DNA of 64,000 nt from Verrucomicrobiota bacterium (GCA_003176045.1 PSRM01000068.1:60084-124083); one strand, 5' to 3'; positions 17,951 through 27,954 are shown, numbered from the stretch's first letter. Made by a program: numbers and translations. Notes: generated by a model from the sequence alone, not told the origin.

Positions 17951-20564
17951 GTTTTGGTTGGGCTGTTTGAGTTGATGCTGGAAGTTCATGGGGCAGGCGC
18001 ACGTATCGGACGGTGCCGCAGATGGGCTGGCGAGCGTCTGTGTGGTAATACAAGAATTCGGAATACTTGGCCCCTATTTGCTGGTCTGGTCGCGGAAAGC
18101 GCAGAATGGCTTCGCGAGCAACACTGGACAAACCCAAGTCTTCCGCGAGTCGTTCGACATCGCGGCGATCTCCGGTATTAAAGATGAACCAAGCTCGGGT
18201 ATTCCCGACCAAGGCTGTGCGAATCGGCGTGTCCGCAATCCGCGAGTATTGTTGAGCGACGATCAGGACCTGGCAGTTGAACTTGCGAAACTGCTCGTAA
18301 AGTTCTCGAAGGATGGCCTCGCCGCCTGGAATATCTATGAAACGCGAGACTTCTTCCACTATCACCCGCTTTTTTAAATGCCGCGGCATGTTCAGGATGT
18401 GGTTGCGGATGCCGTTGATTATCAAAAAACCCACTACCGTTTTAATTTCCTTCGCGGCTTCGGGGATGAATCCGAGTTCAAAATGGACTACAGGGCCGTT
18501 CAGTGAAACATTCGTTGCGCCATCAAACATGACACCGTAACTGCCGCCTCTGCACCATGGAGCGAGCAACGTAGCCAGCCATCGGCACTCCTCCTCATCC
18601 TGGTCCGCCAGCTCGAAGTATTCGCAGAGGGAAGACAAGGTGAGATGTTCCTCCGGCCGCAAAATAGCGAATACCATGTTGCGGACACTTTGCGGATCGC
18701 TTGATTCGAATTCGTCCAGGTCCGCTTGAGGAAGTTGCTTTAGGAGAGCGTTGCCCTCAACAGGGCGCGTCTGCTGGATTTCGTTAAAGCAACCGAAAGC
18801 TTCCAACTCCGAAATGCCTTGGCTTTTGGACAGACGCTTCACTGTTAGCGCAAGGCGAAGAAGTGCATTTCGCTGCTCCAAACTCAATTTCCGCATGTGC
18901 TCATCAGCATGGTCATTGGACAGTCGAGTGAGGTGGCGCGAGATGAGGGCTGAATGGCGACGTGCTTTGTCTTCGTCTGCGGGAAGCCCGATCATCCGAG
19001 CGACGACGGCAATTTGAGTTGCCGCGGCAAAGGAAGATCGCGGCAATTTCTGAGTATCCAAGGGATTGAGCGTTTGGTTTCCATCCACTCGGAAGACCAC
19101 AGGATTTACTCCGTGGCTGCGTGAATAGGGGACTTGCGACAGACCTTCCTCCACTATTGCCGTGAAAGCAAAATGAGGATCGGTTTCAAGCTCCAACTTG
19201 GTGAGCGCAAGGCTTTTGCCGACACCCGGTGCGCCCAAAGCCGTAAGGTTTTGAGGTGTGGATGCATCACCTTCGCCAAGAAACATAGCGGCGTTGACTA
19301 AATTGTTGTCGTTGCCGGGGAACAGTGCCTGAACGGGGCCGGGATGGCCTACAAAGCTGCTACACAGCGGCATGAGGTCCGCCGCAGTCCGGTCTTCGCA
19401 ATAGATTCGGAATCCCTGGTAGCGACTGCCTGTCCAGCCAGGCAGTGTTTTGGTGAACAAATGGCGGGACGTGCTGGGTAACGAGGCTTCATAATACTGG
19501 GCTCCGTTCATGGCCTGAAGCGTCGCCTTGATCGCAGCGGCTTTGTCGCCCAGTTCTTCCTCGGTTTTCGCTCGGACCAAAAGGATAATCTCTAATTCCA
19601 GAGGAACAGCCTCGCCTTCAGCAAGCCGCCGGATTTTTTCTTGCATCTGTCGAACGGTTACGGCCTGACGCTCATCAGGCTTGCGCAAGAGTTGCTGGTT
19701 GAGGCGATCCAGCGAGGATTGAGTCCTCTTCACGATGTCGGCCTTGGCCAGACGGCGGACATGAACTGTGAAGACGAAGTCGCTGAAGGGGAGATAAGTG
19801 AGGCGATGAACGATCGTAGGGAACGTTTCGGTTGGCAGCCGTCTTACAGTAATGGCCAGACAGTGATAGCCGTCCAAAACAAATCCGTGACGCCCCAGCC
19901 CCCGTAACTCAGAATTCCAAAAATTATCCAACAGGGATCGGGTCCTGTCGAATGTCGCGACAGGCTCATAATTGGGCTGGCGAGTGAGCGAAGGATTCAG
20001 GGCATCCGCCCAAAGTCGAACATTCTCAGATTCGGTCAGAGGAGTCACCCGTCCACCGATTGGCGCCAAAGCCTGGACAAGCGACTGTTCGAAATCGCTG
20101 AAAGCGCTTTTTACTTCCGTGAGCAACTGATCATAACGATGCTGGTTGCCTTTTGCTTTGGCCGATGGCCTGCTGTGTGTTTTCTGGTGGTAGGAAGCAT
20201 AGAGAATTACACGCTTTCTCAATAACTTTCCCGATTCCCGTGAGTTCCACTGTTGGATGAGGTTTGCATTCCGCAACGTTCGCGCGGTGGGGTTTTGGCA
20301 CGCCTCGGTGCTACGCTGATAGTCCAGGAGGATGCCAGTATCGACCGGAGCTTGAAACTGAATCAGTTGAAGGTTCATTCCCTCCGGAATTTGCCTCAGC
20401 ATCATCGAAATCGCGTCCTGGACCTGGTTGCATTCAGAATAAGAAGCCGATTGCAAATTGGGTGTATCGATTTCGAAACCCATCGAGATCACCCCCCTGC
20501 TCGGTCCGCCGAAGACGATAAGATTGTCCACGACAAACCCGTCCGGAAGTAGGTCAGCACTCAT
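17943..20564 (-). CDS. virB4: VirB4/TrbE-family T4SS ATPase
   Basis: 873 aa with Walker A LGAPGVGKS. The size and operon position are typical of VirB4. Confidence 0.9.
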   Translation of the reverse strand: MSADLLPDGFVVDNLIVFGGPSRGVISMGFEIDTPNLQSASYSECNQVQDAISMMLRQIPEGMNLQLIQFQAPVDTGILLDYQRSTEACQNPTARTLRNANLIQQWNSRESGKLLRKRVILYASYHQKTHSRPSAKAKGNQHRYDQLLTEVKSAFSDFEQSLVQALAPIGGRVTPLTESENVRLWADALNPSLTRQPNYEPVATFDRTRSLLDNFWNSELRGLGRHGFVLDGYHCLAITVRRLPTETFPTIVHRLTYLPFSDFVFTVHVRRLAKADIVKRTQSSLDRLNQQLLRKPDERQAVTVRQMQEKIRRLAEGEAVPLELEIILLVRAKTEEELGDKAAAIKATLQAMNGAQYYEASLPSTSRHLFTKTLPGWTGSRYQGFRIYCEDRTAADLMPLCSSFVGHPGPVQALFPGNDNNLVNAAMFLGEGDASTPQNLTALGAPGVGKSLALTKLELETDPHFAFTAIVEEGLSQVPYSRSHGVNPVVFRVDGNQTLNPLDTQKLPRSSFAAATQIAVVARMIGLPADEDKARRHSALISRHLTRLSNDHADEHMRKLSLEQRNALLRLALTVKRLSKSQGISELEAFGCFNEIQQTRPVEGNALLKQLPQADLDEFESSDPQSVRNMVFAILRPEEHLTLSSLCEYFELADQDEEECRWLATLLAPWCRGGSYGVMFDGATNVSLNGPVVHFELGFIPEAAKEIKTVVGFLIINGIRNHILNMPRHLKKRVIVEEVSRFIDIPGGEAILRELYEQFRKFNCQVLIVAQQYSRIADTPIRTALVGNTRAWFIFNTGDRRDVERLAEDLGLSSVAREAILRFPRPDQQIGAKYSEFLYYHTDARQPICGTVRYVRLPHELPASTQTAQPKHA

Positions 20565-20889
20565 AAAATGGATGGCTTAACGGCTTCCTTGGTGGTTTCG
20601 CGTGGCCTCTCGTGACCAAAGAATCCAGGAGGTCGGATAAATAGCCTGGTGGCCTGCCTTGATGGAAAAACCGCAGGTACAGGAAGCAACCGAGCACTGG
20701 AACCAGTGCCCACTGCATGGCTTCCAAGAACCCCAATGCGAGACCGTAAAAAAGGCCAGCAAAGAGGCTGAGCGCGACGAGCAACGCGAGGGCAAACCAT
20801 TTGAAATTAATAACCTCGATGCCCCAGAGTGAGCCTTCGTACTGCTCTGCGCTTAGTGTGCGCGTGACGCGCAGCTTCTGGTCGGACAT
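20554..20889 (-). CDS. VirB3/TrbD-like small membrane protein
   Basis: 111 aa with two TM segments, immediately upstream of VirB4 and overlapping it. Confidence 0.55.
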   Translation of the reverse strand: MSDQKLRVTRTLSAEQYEGSLWGIEVINFKWFALALLVALSLFAGLFYGLALGFLEAMQWALVPVLGCFLYLRFFHQGRPPGYLSDLLDSLVTRGHAKPPRKPLSHPFYEC

Positions 20890-20898
20890 AACCCGAGA

Positions 20899-21219
20899 TC
20901 AAAACGTGATGCCGACATTCTGGGCCAGATACGTGATCAAGGGCACCGCAATCGCGATAATGAAGCCGCCAATGATGCACAAGACACCTTCGATTGTGTG
21001 GCCTTGCCGTGCGATCAAGTAGCCCCCGTAAGCAATGACTGCTACGCCTATCAACAGGCAAAATTTTGCCAGCAGTAGCTTGAACGAATCAATGGCCGCA
21101 TTGGGGTCGGCCTGGGCGAGGAGAACCGACGTAGTCAAAACCGGAGCCGCTTTTGCTGGATGCAATGCGGTGTCAACGGACGCGAAGAACAAGAACAGGA
21201 TGAGAATGAATTTATGCAT
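20899..21219 (-). CDS. VirB2/TrbC-like pilin precursor
   Basis: 106 aa with a long signal peptide and two hydrophobic helices. It is the first gene of the T4SS block. Confidence 0.6.
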   Translation of the reverse strand: MHKFILILFLFFASVDTALHPAKAAPVLTTSVLLAQADPNAAIDSFKLLLAKFCLLIGVAVIAYGGYLIARQGHTIEGVLCIIGGFIIAIAVPLITYLAQNVGITF

Positions 21220-21332
21220 CGTTTTGTCTTTCTATATTTTCAAGTTTCTATTTGTGACTGAGCGAACCGAATCACTTCGACTTTGTATCCGCCAAGGGAG
21301 GGGCGTTTGGTTGCACAAGGTCCTAAAGAAAG

Positions 21333-21359
21333 CGGCGGGGCGTTCTTGGCACCCCGCCG
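21333..21359 (-). terminator. GC-rich hairpin downstream of the sigma-factor gene
   Basis: CGGCGGGGCG / CACCCCGCCG stem (8 bp, a mismatch, then 1 bp) with a 7-nt loop. On the minus strand it is followed by CTTTCTTTAGG. It lies 16 nt after the stop at 21375. Confidence 0.45.
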
Positions 21360-21374
21360 GTTAGCGTGTTTTTG

Positions 21375-22004
21375 TTAGTCGCGGACGCGACGTATTACAA
21401 CGGGTCTATCTTCTTCCTCCGCCAGCAGCCACTCTCGCATCTTTTCTCGACCCCGGCTGAGATGAGATTTTATCGTGTTCTCCGGTATGCCAAGGATCTC
21501 ACTAATTTCGAACACTTTGAGCCCGCCCCAGTAAAACAGGTTTATAGCATCGCGCTCAGGCTCACTCAGACTGGTCAGAGCATCACCCAACCCGCCACTT
21601 CGACCCGACCCAACTTCGAACGATTCACGCGATGACTGCCGGTGCTCGGTTAGTGCGAGAACGCCTTCATTGTGCCGCATTTGCTGGCGATATGCGCCAG
21701 AGCAACGGGAGTACAGCCTGAGTTTGAAGCGGCCTCGAAAATCTCCGTCTTTTGGCACAGGCTCCCTCAAAAGGCTCAAGAGAACGTCATGGAAGAGGCT
21801 TTCAGGGTCAGATGCTCCCTTATGAAAGCCAATCGCAAGCGCATAGCACTGCATGTTGGCGTAGTTCGTCGAGATGAACTCGGACCAAGATGGTTTTGAA
21901 CCAAAGCAATTTAGTCCAGCGTTGCGGTTAGATGAGTATTGATGATGTTGGCCTCTCGTTTCGGCTGAGGCCGTAGCCGTTGTCTTTCGATTTTTCACGG
22001 GCAA
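21375..22004 (-). CDS. ECF-type sigma-70 family RNA polymerase sigma factor
   Basis: Region 2-like FHDVLLSLLRE and region 4 LSEPERDAINLFYWGGLKVFEISEILGIPENTIKSHLSRGREKM. The start is a non-ATG codon (TTG or GTG), so it is uncertain. Confidence 0.75.
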   Translation of the reverse strand: MPVKNRKTTATASAETRGQHHQYSSNRNAGLNCFGSKPSWSEFISTNYANMQCYALAIGFHKGASDPESLFHDVLLSLLREPVPKDGDFRGRFKLRLYSRCSGAYRQQMRHNEGVLALTEHRQSSRESFEVGSGRSGGLGDALTSLSEPERDAINLFYWGGLKVFEISEILGIPENTIKSHLSRGREKMREWLLAEEEDRPVVIRRVRD

Positions 22005-22031
22005 GACTCACTTTCTATGTGAGGAGTCCGC

Positions 22032-22043
22032 CCGAGCGCTCGG
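22032..22043. promoter_or_regulatory. Perfect 12-bp palindrome CCGAGCGCTCGG in the divergent intergenic region
   Basis: Read directly from the sequence. It lies in the 61-nt gap between the sigma gene (minus) and the 369-aa/CHAT operon (plus). Confidence 0.3.
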
Positions 22044-22065
22044 AACGGTATCCGGTTTTCTGTTT

Positions 22066-23175
22066 GTGGCCACAACAGGTGGCCTGAATTCGTCCTCATG
22101 GTCCTCTATGGGCCAGATGGGGGCGAATGGGCTATTTGGGGAGAAATGGGAGGATTTACGATTCGCGGAAAGGCACCAATTTTGGATTGTAAATAATCAC
22201 CTCACACCGTGTACTCCTTCCGTGATCACTGCCGGCCACATGTTTGTGATGGAAATCTTCCGAGTTGCGAATTCTCGCTTCGGAGCCAATACCCTTAATC
22301 TTGCGGGAGTTGATGCGACGAGTTGGCGAGATTGGTGCGAAAACGTGTCGAGTATTTCACCATATTCCGCCCACAAGACCGCGACAATCATTTGGAAGCA
22401 GATGCATGAGCCAGGCCGGCAACGTGTACGGCGCGATCTACTTGCAATGATTCGCCATCTGGTTCCGACCGCTCCAAAGAAGTGGGATGCCGAAAACTTT
22501 CCTGCCTTCTTTCATAGATTGGCTTCCGAAACGCAGACAATTGGTCCTCTGAGGGCAAATTTTTGGGCGGAGGCGATTCATTCAGGCCGCAGATTCACGC
22601 TTCGCCCAGAAGAAGAACTTCGGGAAGGCACCGTCGATTCGGGAGGACTCATACGCCTCCACATCGAGCTAACTCGGCCAGCTTACCCCCTAATTCTTTG
22701 GATCACAGGCAATGGCAAAATACAGCCAATTTACCCGTGGCGGCGTTTCGATTGGAAAGGCGCGCTTAGGCACGAGAAAGTGGTCGCTCTGTGTCTTCCC
22801 GAAGCAGAGGACGAGGGATTCCCTCTCGAATCGTCGAACGGATTGGAAACGGCGATCCTCTTAGCGAGCGTTGAGGAAATTGGGCCTTATCTGATTGACG
22901 ACCTTCCAAACAGACTCCCTCCAAGTTTTCCTAACCCGAAAACCACCGGTCCCGTTTTGGACTCAGCAAAATCTCCGGTGGTTCCTTTTCGATTCACAAA
23001 GGACGCTGATTTAGGTGGCGCGTTGCACCGCACAAGATTGGGAGATCCGGTAAAAATCTCAGATCAAATACAACATCGGCATGACGAAATCGGGTCGAGA
23101 CTTGCTGGTTGTTTCGATCTGGTACAAGGATTTAGCTTTTTTGTCCGGAACCCAGAAACCGTAGCGAAAGAATGA
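22066..23175 (+). CDS. 369-aa hypothetical protein, possible DUF4384-like beta-sandwich in the central part
   Basis: GTG start, uncertain. The segment GGLIRLHIELTRPAYPLILWITGNGKIQPIYPW...ETAILLAS resembles the DUF4384 pattern that often accompanies caspase/CHAT proteins (from memory). Its stop overlaps the CHAT start (ATGA). Confidence 0.5.
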   Translation: MATTGGLNSSSWSSMGQMGANGLFGEKWEDLRFAERHQFWIVNNHLTPCTPSVITAGHMFVMEIFRVANSRFGANTLNLAGVDATSWRDWCENVSSISPYSAHKTATIIWKQMHEPGRQRVRRDLLAMIRHLVPTAPKKWDAENFPAFFHRLASETQTIGPLRANFWAEAIHSGRRFTLRPEEELREGTVDSGGLIRLHIELTRPAYPLILWITGNGKIQPIYPWRRFDWKGALRHEKVVALCLPEAEDEGFPLESSNGLETAILLASVEEIGPYLIDDLPNRLPPSFPNPKTTGPVLDSAKSPVVPFRFTKDADLGGALHRTRLGDPVKISDQIQHRHDEIGSRLAGCFDLVQGFSFFVRNPETVAKE

Positions 23176-26100
23176 ATTCCGTGACTGGGGATGTGCATTC
23201 AGTTCATCTCCAATCCCTTCAGGCGGCCGCGGACTGGTCAGGACTTGTAAGGTATTGGATAGTTCATCGCTACGAACCCGCTCTTCAATCGGCAGCGCTT
23301 TTGTTACGAAAGCGAACTGAAAAAGAAGGTGAGCCTTGGGACCAAATGGCGGACGCGTTCGGGGAGCTTGGAGCGGTTGGACTGGTATCGACCGACAAGA
23401 TTCCGCTGAGTCTTCGGGACAGATGCACATTTTCCGAGCGCGCGACCATTGGGCTTCTGGGTTGGCTGCCGGCGATTAGGTTTGCTGCCTCGTGTGAGAC
23501 TGCCTGGGAAGGTCCCCCGAAGGAGCAAGTTGAGATGGCTGTGCAGGGCTGTGGAAAGGCATTTTTGCTCGCGAAGGAGATTCACGACAAAGCTGTGGCT
23601 GCGCTGTGCGCAACATCTGCGACAGTTGGTTTCGGTTATTTGGGACGATGGGAGGAAGCACTGAAGGCAGGCAGCGCGGCGGTGGCCTTGCGGGAGGAGC
23701 TTACCACTGTCGAGCCTTCGTTGCATGCGACTTCCCTGGCCCAAGCCTTCCTGAATCTTGTAACTCCGACCTACAAGTTGGGAAAATTGCAGGATTCGCT
23801 GTTTTTTGCGAGGCGCGCTGTGCAGTGCGCGAAAGTCGGATGTCATTTCCGCCACGACCGTGCGCTGCCGCTGTTATCGTTAAGCATCCACAACCTCGGA
23901 TTTGCGCTGAAGGCGAACCATCGCCTTTTGTCTGCAAATTATTGTCTTCGGAAGGCGGTTGCCCTGCTGCGAACCCTGCCAGATGAAAAGGGCAGATTAG
24001 CTTCCGCATTGGACGGCTACGCCGCGGTCGCAGAGTCGCTTGGCCGCTTGGATGAAGCGGAGGCGAGTTGTCGGGAGTTGATTGACCTTCGTCGCAGGTT
24101 GGATCGTCCTGGCTGCCTGGTGGAATGCGAGTTCTTGGTTGGGGCCTTGCTCTTGATGGTTTCGATTCACATCAAGCAGGAACGGTTTGGAGCAGCCTTA
24201 GCTCTGTGCGAGGAAGCCGCAGAGAAATTCGAGCGAAGCAGACAGGCCGAAAACATTCAGCATTTAAACACCCTCGCTTTCATCTTTCATCTAAGAGGCG
24301 CCGCACAGTTTGGATTGCGAAATCTTGACGCTGCCAAAGGGAATTGCGATCGCGCCGTGAAGCTATTGGAACCCCTGGCATCAGCGAACCCGGCCAGCAG
24401 ATTCGAACTTGCCAAAGTGCTCGATTCACGTTCAATCGTTTTGAGGGAACTGGGAGATCTGGAACCTGCGCTGGCCGATGTTACTAGAGCCACTGAACTC
24501 TTAACAGATTTGCCATTAACTCTGGAATTCGAAGCGGCGGCGCGCACCATACTTTGCCTTTCTAGCAAGGGGGTAATCCTGGCGACTTTGGGCCATTGGG
24601 GCGCAGCGCGACGAACCTTCGAGGAAGCGACGGAAAAGTTAGAATTGCGAGCGAGCAGCGAGTCTGCCGCTTGGACAGCAACGACGAAAGCAAGGGTTCT
24701 GGTCAGCCTGAGTTACGTTCTTCTAAAACTTGAGGATAAACTCAGCGCCCTTGAAAGGGCCGGCGAGGCGTTGTCATGCCTCGAAAAGCGGGCGACTCTT
24801 GGCCTGCCGGAAAATGCCGAATTGCGCTCACTTGCACTGATGAACCGAGGAAATTCGCTCCTAGCGGTCGCTGATTTGGACGGGGCATTGGCCAGTTATC
24901 GAGAGGCTCTGTCGATCCATAAAGTTGCATTTAAAAAAAACCGGGATGCTCACCGGGGTTTCATTGCACGATTGTTGTTGAACATTGGGCTCGTAAGCCT
25001 GGAAAAGCAAAATCGCGCCGAGGCAATACGTTACTTTAGAAGGGCAGCGATGCTTTACCGGTGGGATGCGCGCCGACAGCCGGGTGCGTGGATGGCAGAG
25101 CGGTTGCAGGTGTTGAGCACATTGGGGCAGCAGCTTTCCTGGTCTGGCGACCCGGGTGATTCCGCACAAACACAAAAGGCAGTGAAGATTCTTGAAGAAG
25201 GTTTGAAGGTTGCCGAGGAATTGCGCGGGCACTTCTTTGATGGTGAACAGTTGCGTCGTGTTCAGTTATCCGCACGAGAAATCCATGAGGGGCTAATACT
25301 CAACCTGGTTGGTCTTGGCTCGCAATTGCAATCTGATGAGCCACTTCAGCGGGCTTTTTTCGTGGGTGAATCCAGCCGGGCACGAAACTTAAACGGAATA
25401 ATTGCGGAAGAGCGGCTGCGGACGGATGACATTCCGGCTCAGATCGCTGAGGAATTTTGGACGCAACGGCGGAGGTTACGAGAAGCCTCGCGAGCTGTAC
25501 ATTCATACGAAGCTGGCTTGGGTGCCATGTCGGGTGACTCGACGGTCCAGTCCCCCCGACCAGCCTTTTTGTCTATCAAGGCAGTTCATGACAAACTGTT
25601 GGCAGCCATTCAGCGCGAGCATCCAGACTTTTGCTCCCGAGAGGTACAACCCAAAGACCTTGCGCGGATTCGTTCATTACTCCCAACCGATATCCCAACA
25701 GCTTTTGTGCAGTACAACTTCTCCAAGCCCGGTTGCGTTGCCCTGATCCTTACGTCCGATGGGATTAAAGATGTGTTCTTGAGGCGCAGCGAGCGGACGC
25801 GGATTCGAGAAATCGCCAACCAGTGGTCTTCCCTGGCTCAAAATTTCGGGAATGTGCAAGAAATCGGAGCGCGCCGCCGAGAGACGGAGACCGCGCGCTC
25901 GTTGCTGGCGGACATCGCGAGCACCTTTTTGTGGCCCATCATGCCGCACCTCCACGATCGGGGCATACGGAGGGTGGTAATTTCGCCAAGTCGGGAACTG
26001 CACCTGCTTCCTTTACATGCCTGTCCGCTTGAAGATGGCGGACACCTGCTTGATTATTGCGAAGTCGCGTACACCCCGAGCTTCTCTGTGCTGTTTCATT

Positions 26101-26870
26101 GCGCCCAATCACAACAGGATCGGTCGAAAAAGCTGCTGCTGGCTACCGACCCCACGGCAGACCTGCGTTTTTCGGAAGTCGAAGCCCTTTGCATCGAAAA
26201 AATGTATTCCGAGAAGAAAGTGTTGATGTTTCGAAGAGTTACGAAAGAAAACCTTTGCCAACTGGCTCCGGCTTGCGATGTGTTGCACTACAGTGGCCAC
26301 GTTCGCTTCGTCCCTGGTGATCCCATGTCGTCGGCTTTGGTTCTGGAAGGGCGTAATGATTCATTCAGCAAGCGATGGCTCATGCTTCGAGATGTGCTCT
26401 TGGACCTAAGGCTGCGACCTAACGCCTTGGTCATCGTTAATGGGTGTGAAAGCGGTTTACTTCGCCCGGATGAAACCGACGACTACGTCAACTTCCCAAC
26501 TGGCTTCTTGGTGGCGGGGGCTTCATGTGTTTTGAGCACGCTGTGGCCCGTGCCTGATTTTTCGTGTGCTCTTCTGATGCGACAATTCCACAAGGAATGG
26601 GCTGAATCCAAGCAGAGCGTTTGCAGTGCCATGAACAAAGCGCAACGATGGCTTCGCGATGAGATTAAGACAGGCATCCAGTTACGCGACGAAGTGTTGC
26701 CCTCGATACTTCTTGATTTACCGCACAAGCACTTGCAGGACGTGTGCGCGGAAGCGGCCGACCATTACGCGAAAGCGTTCCGCAGAATCCCTCCGTTCGA
26801 GTCCCCGCTACATTGGGCATCCTTCCAGCCGATTGGGTTAGCATTCCCAATTCCGCATAACAAAAACTGA
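23172..26870 (+). CDS. TPR-repeat / CHAT-domain (caspase-like) protease
   Basis: 1232 aa. About 800 aa of TPR-like repeats, then a C-terminal CHAT core with catalytic-type His (LHYSGHVRF) and Cys (VIVNGCESG). Confidence 0.85.
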   Translation: MNSVTGDVHSVHLQSLQAAADWSGLVRYWIVHRYEPALQSAALLLRKRTEKEGEPWDQMADAFGELGAVGLVSTDKIPLSLRDRCTFSERATIGLLGWLPAIRFAASCETAWEGPPKEQVEMAVQGCGKAFLLAKEIHDKAVAALCATSATVGFGYLGRWEEALKAGSAAVALREELTTVEPSLHATSLAQAFLNLVTPTYKLGKLQDSLFFARRAVQCAKVGCHFRHDRALPLLSLSIHNLGFALKANHRLLSANYCLRKAVALLRTLPDEKGRLASALDGYAAVAESLGRLDEAEASCRELIDLRRRLDRPGCLVECEFLVGALLLMVSIHIKQERFGAALALCEEAAEKFERSRQAENIQHLNTLAFIFHLRGAAQFGLRNLDAAKGNCDRAVKLLEPLASANPASRFELAKVLDSRSIVLRELGDLEPALADVTRATELLTDLPLTLEFEAAARTILCLSSKGVILATLGHWGAARRTFEEATEKLELRASSESAAWTATTKARVLVSLSYVLLKLEDKLSALERAGEALSCLEKRATLGLPENAELRSLALMNRGNSLLAVADLDGALASYREALSIHKVAFKKNRDAHRGFIARLLLNIGLVSLEKQNRAEAIRYFRRAAMLYRWDARRQPGAWMAERLQVLSTLGQQLSWSGDPGDSAQTQKAVKILEEGLKVAEELRGHFFDGEQLRRVQLSAREIHEGLILNLVGLGSQLQSDEPLQRAFFVGESSRARNLNGIIAEERLRTDDIPAQIAEEFWTQRRRLREASRAVHSYEAGLGAMSGDSTVQSPRPAFLSIKAVHDKLLAAIQREHPDFCSREVQPKDLARIRSLLPTDIPTAFVQYNFSKPGCVALILTSDGIKDVFLRRSERTRIREIANQWSSLAQNFGNVQEIGARRRETETARSLLADIASTFLWPIMPHLHDRGIRRVVISPSRELHLLPLHACPLEDGGHLLDYCEVAYTPSFSVLFHCAQSQQDRSKKLLLATDPTADLRFSEVEALCIEKMYSEKKVLMFRRVTKENLCQLAPACDVLHYSGHVRFVPGDPMSSALVLEGRNDSFSKRWLMLRDVLLDLRLRPNALVIVNGCESGLLRPDETDDYVNFPTGFLVAGASCVLSTLWPVPDFSCALLMRQFHKEWAESKQSVCSAMNKAQRWLRDEIKTGIQLRDEVLPSILLDLPHKHLQDVCAEAADHYAKAFRRIPPFESPLHWASFQPIGLAFPIPHNKN

Positions 26871-27039
26871 ACGTCCGGGCGTCGGTTTGCTGTTCGCATC
26901 TCGCCGTCGATCTTGAAGAACCGCATCTGCGAGTTTTTCAATTCTTAGCGAAGCAGAATTCAGCAGTGGCACAAGCTCGCGCAACCTTGCGTGTCACCAT
27001 GGCGGATATGGTACGGACGCGCTTAGCGCTCGTTTCTGC

Positions 27040-27954
27040 ATGAGATCGAAAAAAATACTTGGCACTAAACTGTGGCGACCCGACCTCGGAGCAATTCCGG
27101 CCAGGCTGGGCGATCGGATCAAAGGCCAACCTGAAATACTCTGTCGCCTGGCGGAGACGATCATACGGCGAGAAACCGATGCGATTCCGCAGCGCGGCCC
27201 ACGGGGCAAATTCTTCTTCCCAGGACCAACTGGAACTGGAAAGACATTCACTGCACAGACGGTTGCCGATCTGTTGTTCGGGCCTGGGCATCTCATCATT
27301 TTCGATTGTTCAGAATACAAGACGGTGGAGAGTCTTGCCGCCCTGCTTGGAGATCGGAATGGGGATCAAGGCCGATTTGCTGGGGCCTACGAACGGGTCC
27401 CCGCGGGCTGCTGGCTTTTTGATGAAATCGAAAAGGCGCACAAGGAGTTTGTGGATCTGTTTTTGCAAATGGTTGGCGACGGGCGGGTCACCCAAGCCAA
27501 TGGACGAACTATTGATTTGTGCGGTATTTATATTTTCGTCACAAGCAATCTGGGTTCTGCCCAAATCCTGGGCCGACAACACTTGCCTTTCGCTTCCCTT
27601 GAACGCCATGTGGTGCATCACGTTCAAAAGCACCTCCGACCTGAATTACTCGGACGATTCGGACGACCATACGTATTCCGGCCTTTAAGTCGCGAGGCTC
27701 AGTCGGAAATCGCCATCCAGAAGCTAGAACAACTAGTGGACTGGCAGCGCGCGCAAGGCCGGACCATCAGCTATGATCCTATGGTCGTAACGTTTCTGAT
27801 GCAAAGGGGCTTCTCTTCGCGGCTTGGCGCGCGCCCATTATTGGATGTCATTGAAGAATTTGTTGGAAACGCGGTTGCGCAGAACCTTCTGACAGGGGGC
27901 TCGGGCAACGGCCGGTTGCTCGTTCGGGATGGCCATCTTGAATTGGTGCGATGA
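27040..27954 (+). CDS. Stand-alone ClpA/ClpB D2-like AAA+ ATPase
   Basis: IKGQPEILCRLAETIIR, Walker A FFFPGPTGTGKT, Walker B WLFDEIEKAHKEFVDLFLQMVGDGRVT, then IYIFVTSNLGS and GARPL. Together these match the AAA_2 (Clp D2) module. Confidence 0.8.
   Translation: MRSKKILGTKLWRPDLGAIPARLGDRIKGQPEILCRLAETIIRRETDAIPQRGPRGKFFFPGPTGTGKTFTAQTVADLLFGPGHLIIFDCSEYKTVESLAALLGDRNGDQGRFAGAYERVPAGCWLFDEIEKAHKEFVDLFLQMVGDGRVTQANGRTIDLCGIYIFVTSNLGSAQILGRQHLPFASLERHVVHHVQKHLRPELLGRFGRPYVFRPLSREAQSEIAIQKLEQLVDWQRAQGRTISYDPMVVTFLMQRGFSSRLGARPLLDVIEEFVGNAVAQNLLTGGSGNGRLLVRDGHLELVR

Noticed and set aside
23304-25506. Several 60-180-aa ORFs on both strands inside the CHAT gene
   Set aside because: They are nested within a 1232-aa ORF with clear TPR and CHAT features and are shadow frames.
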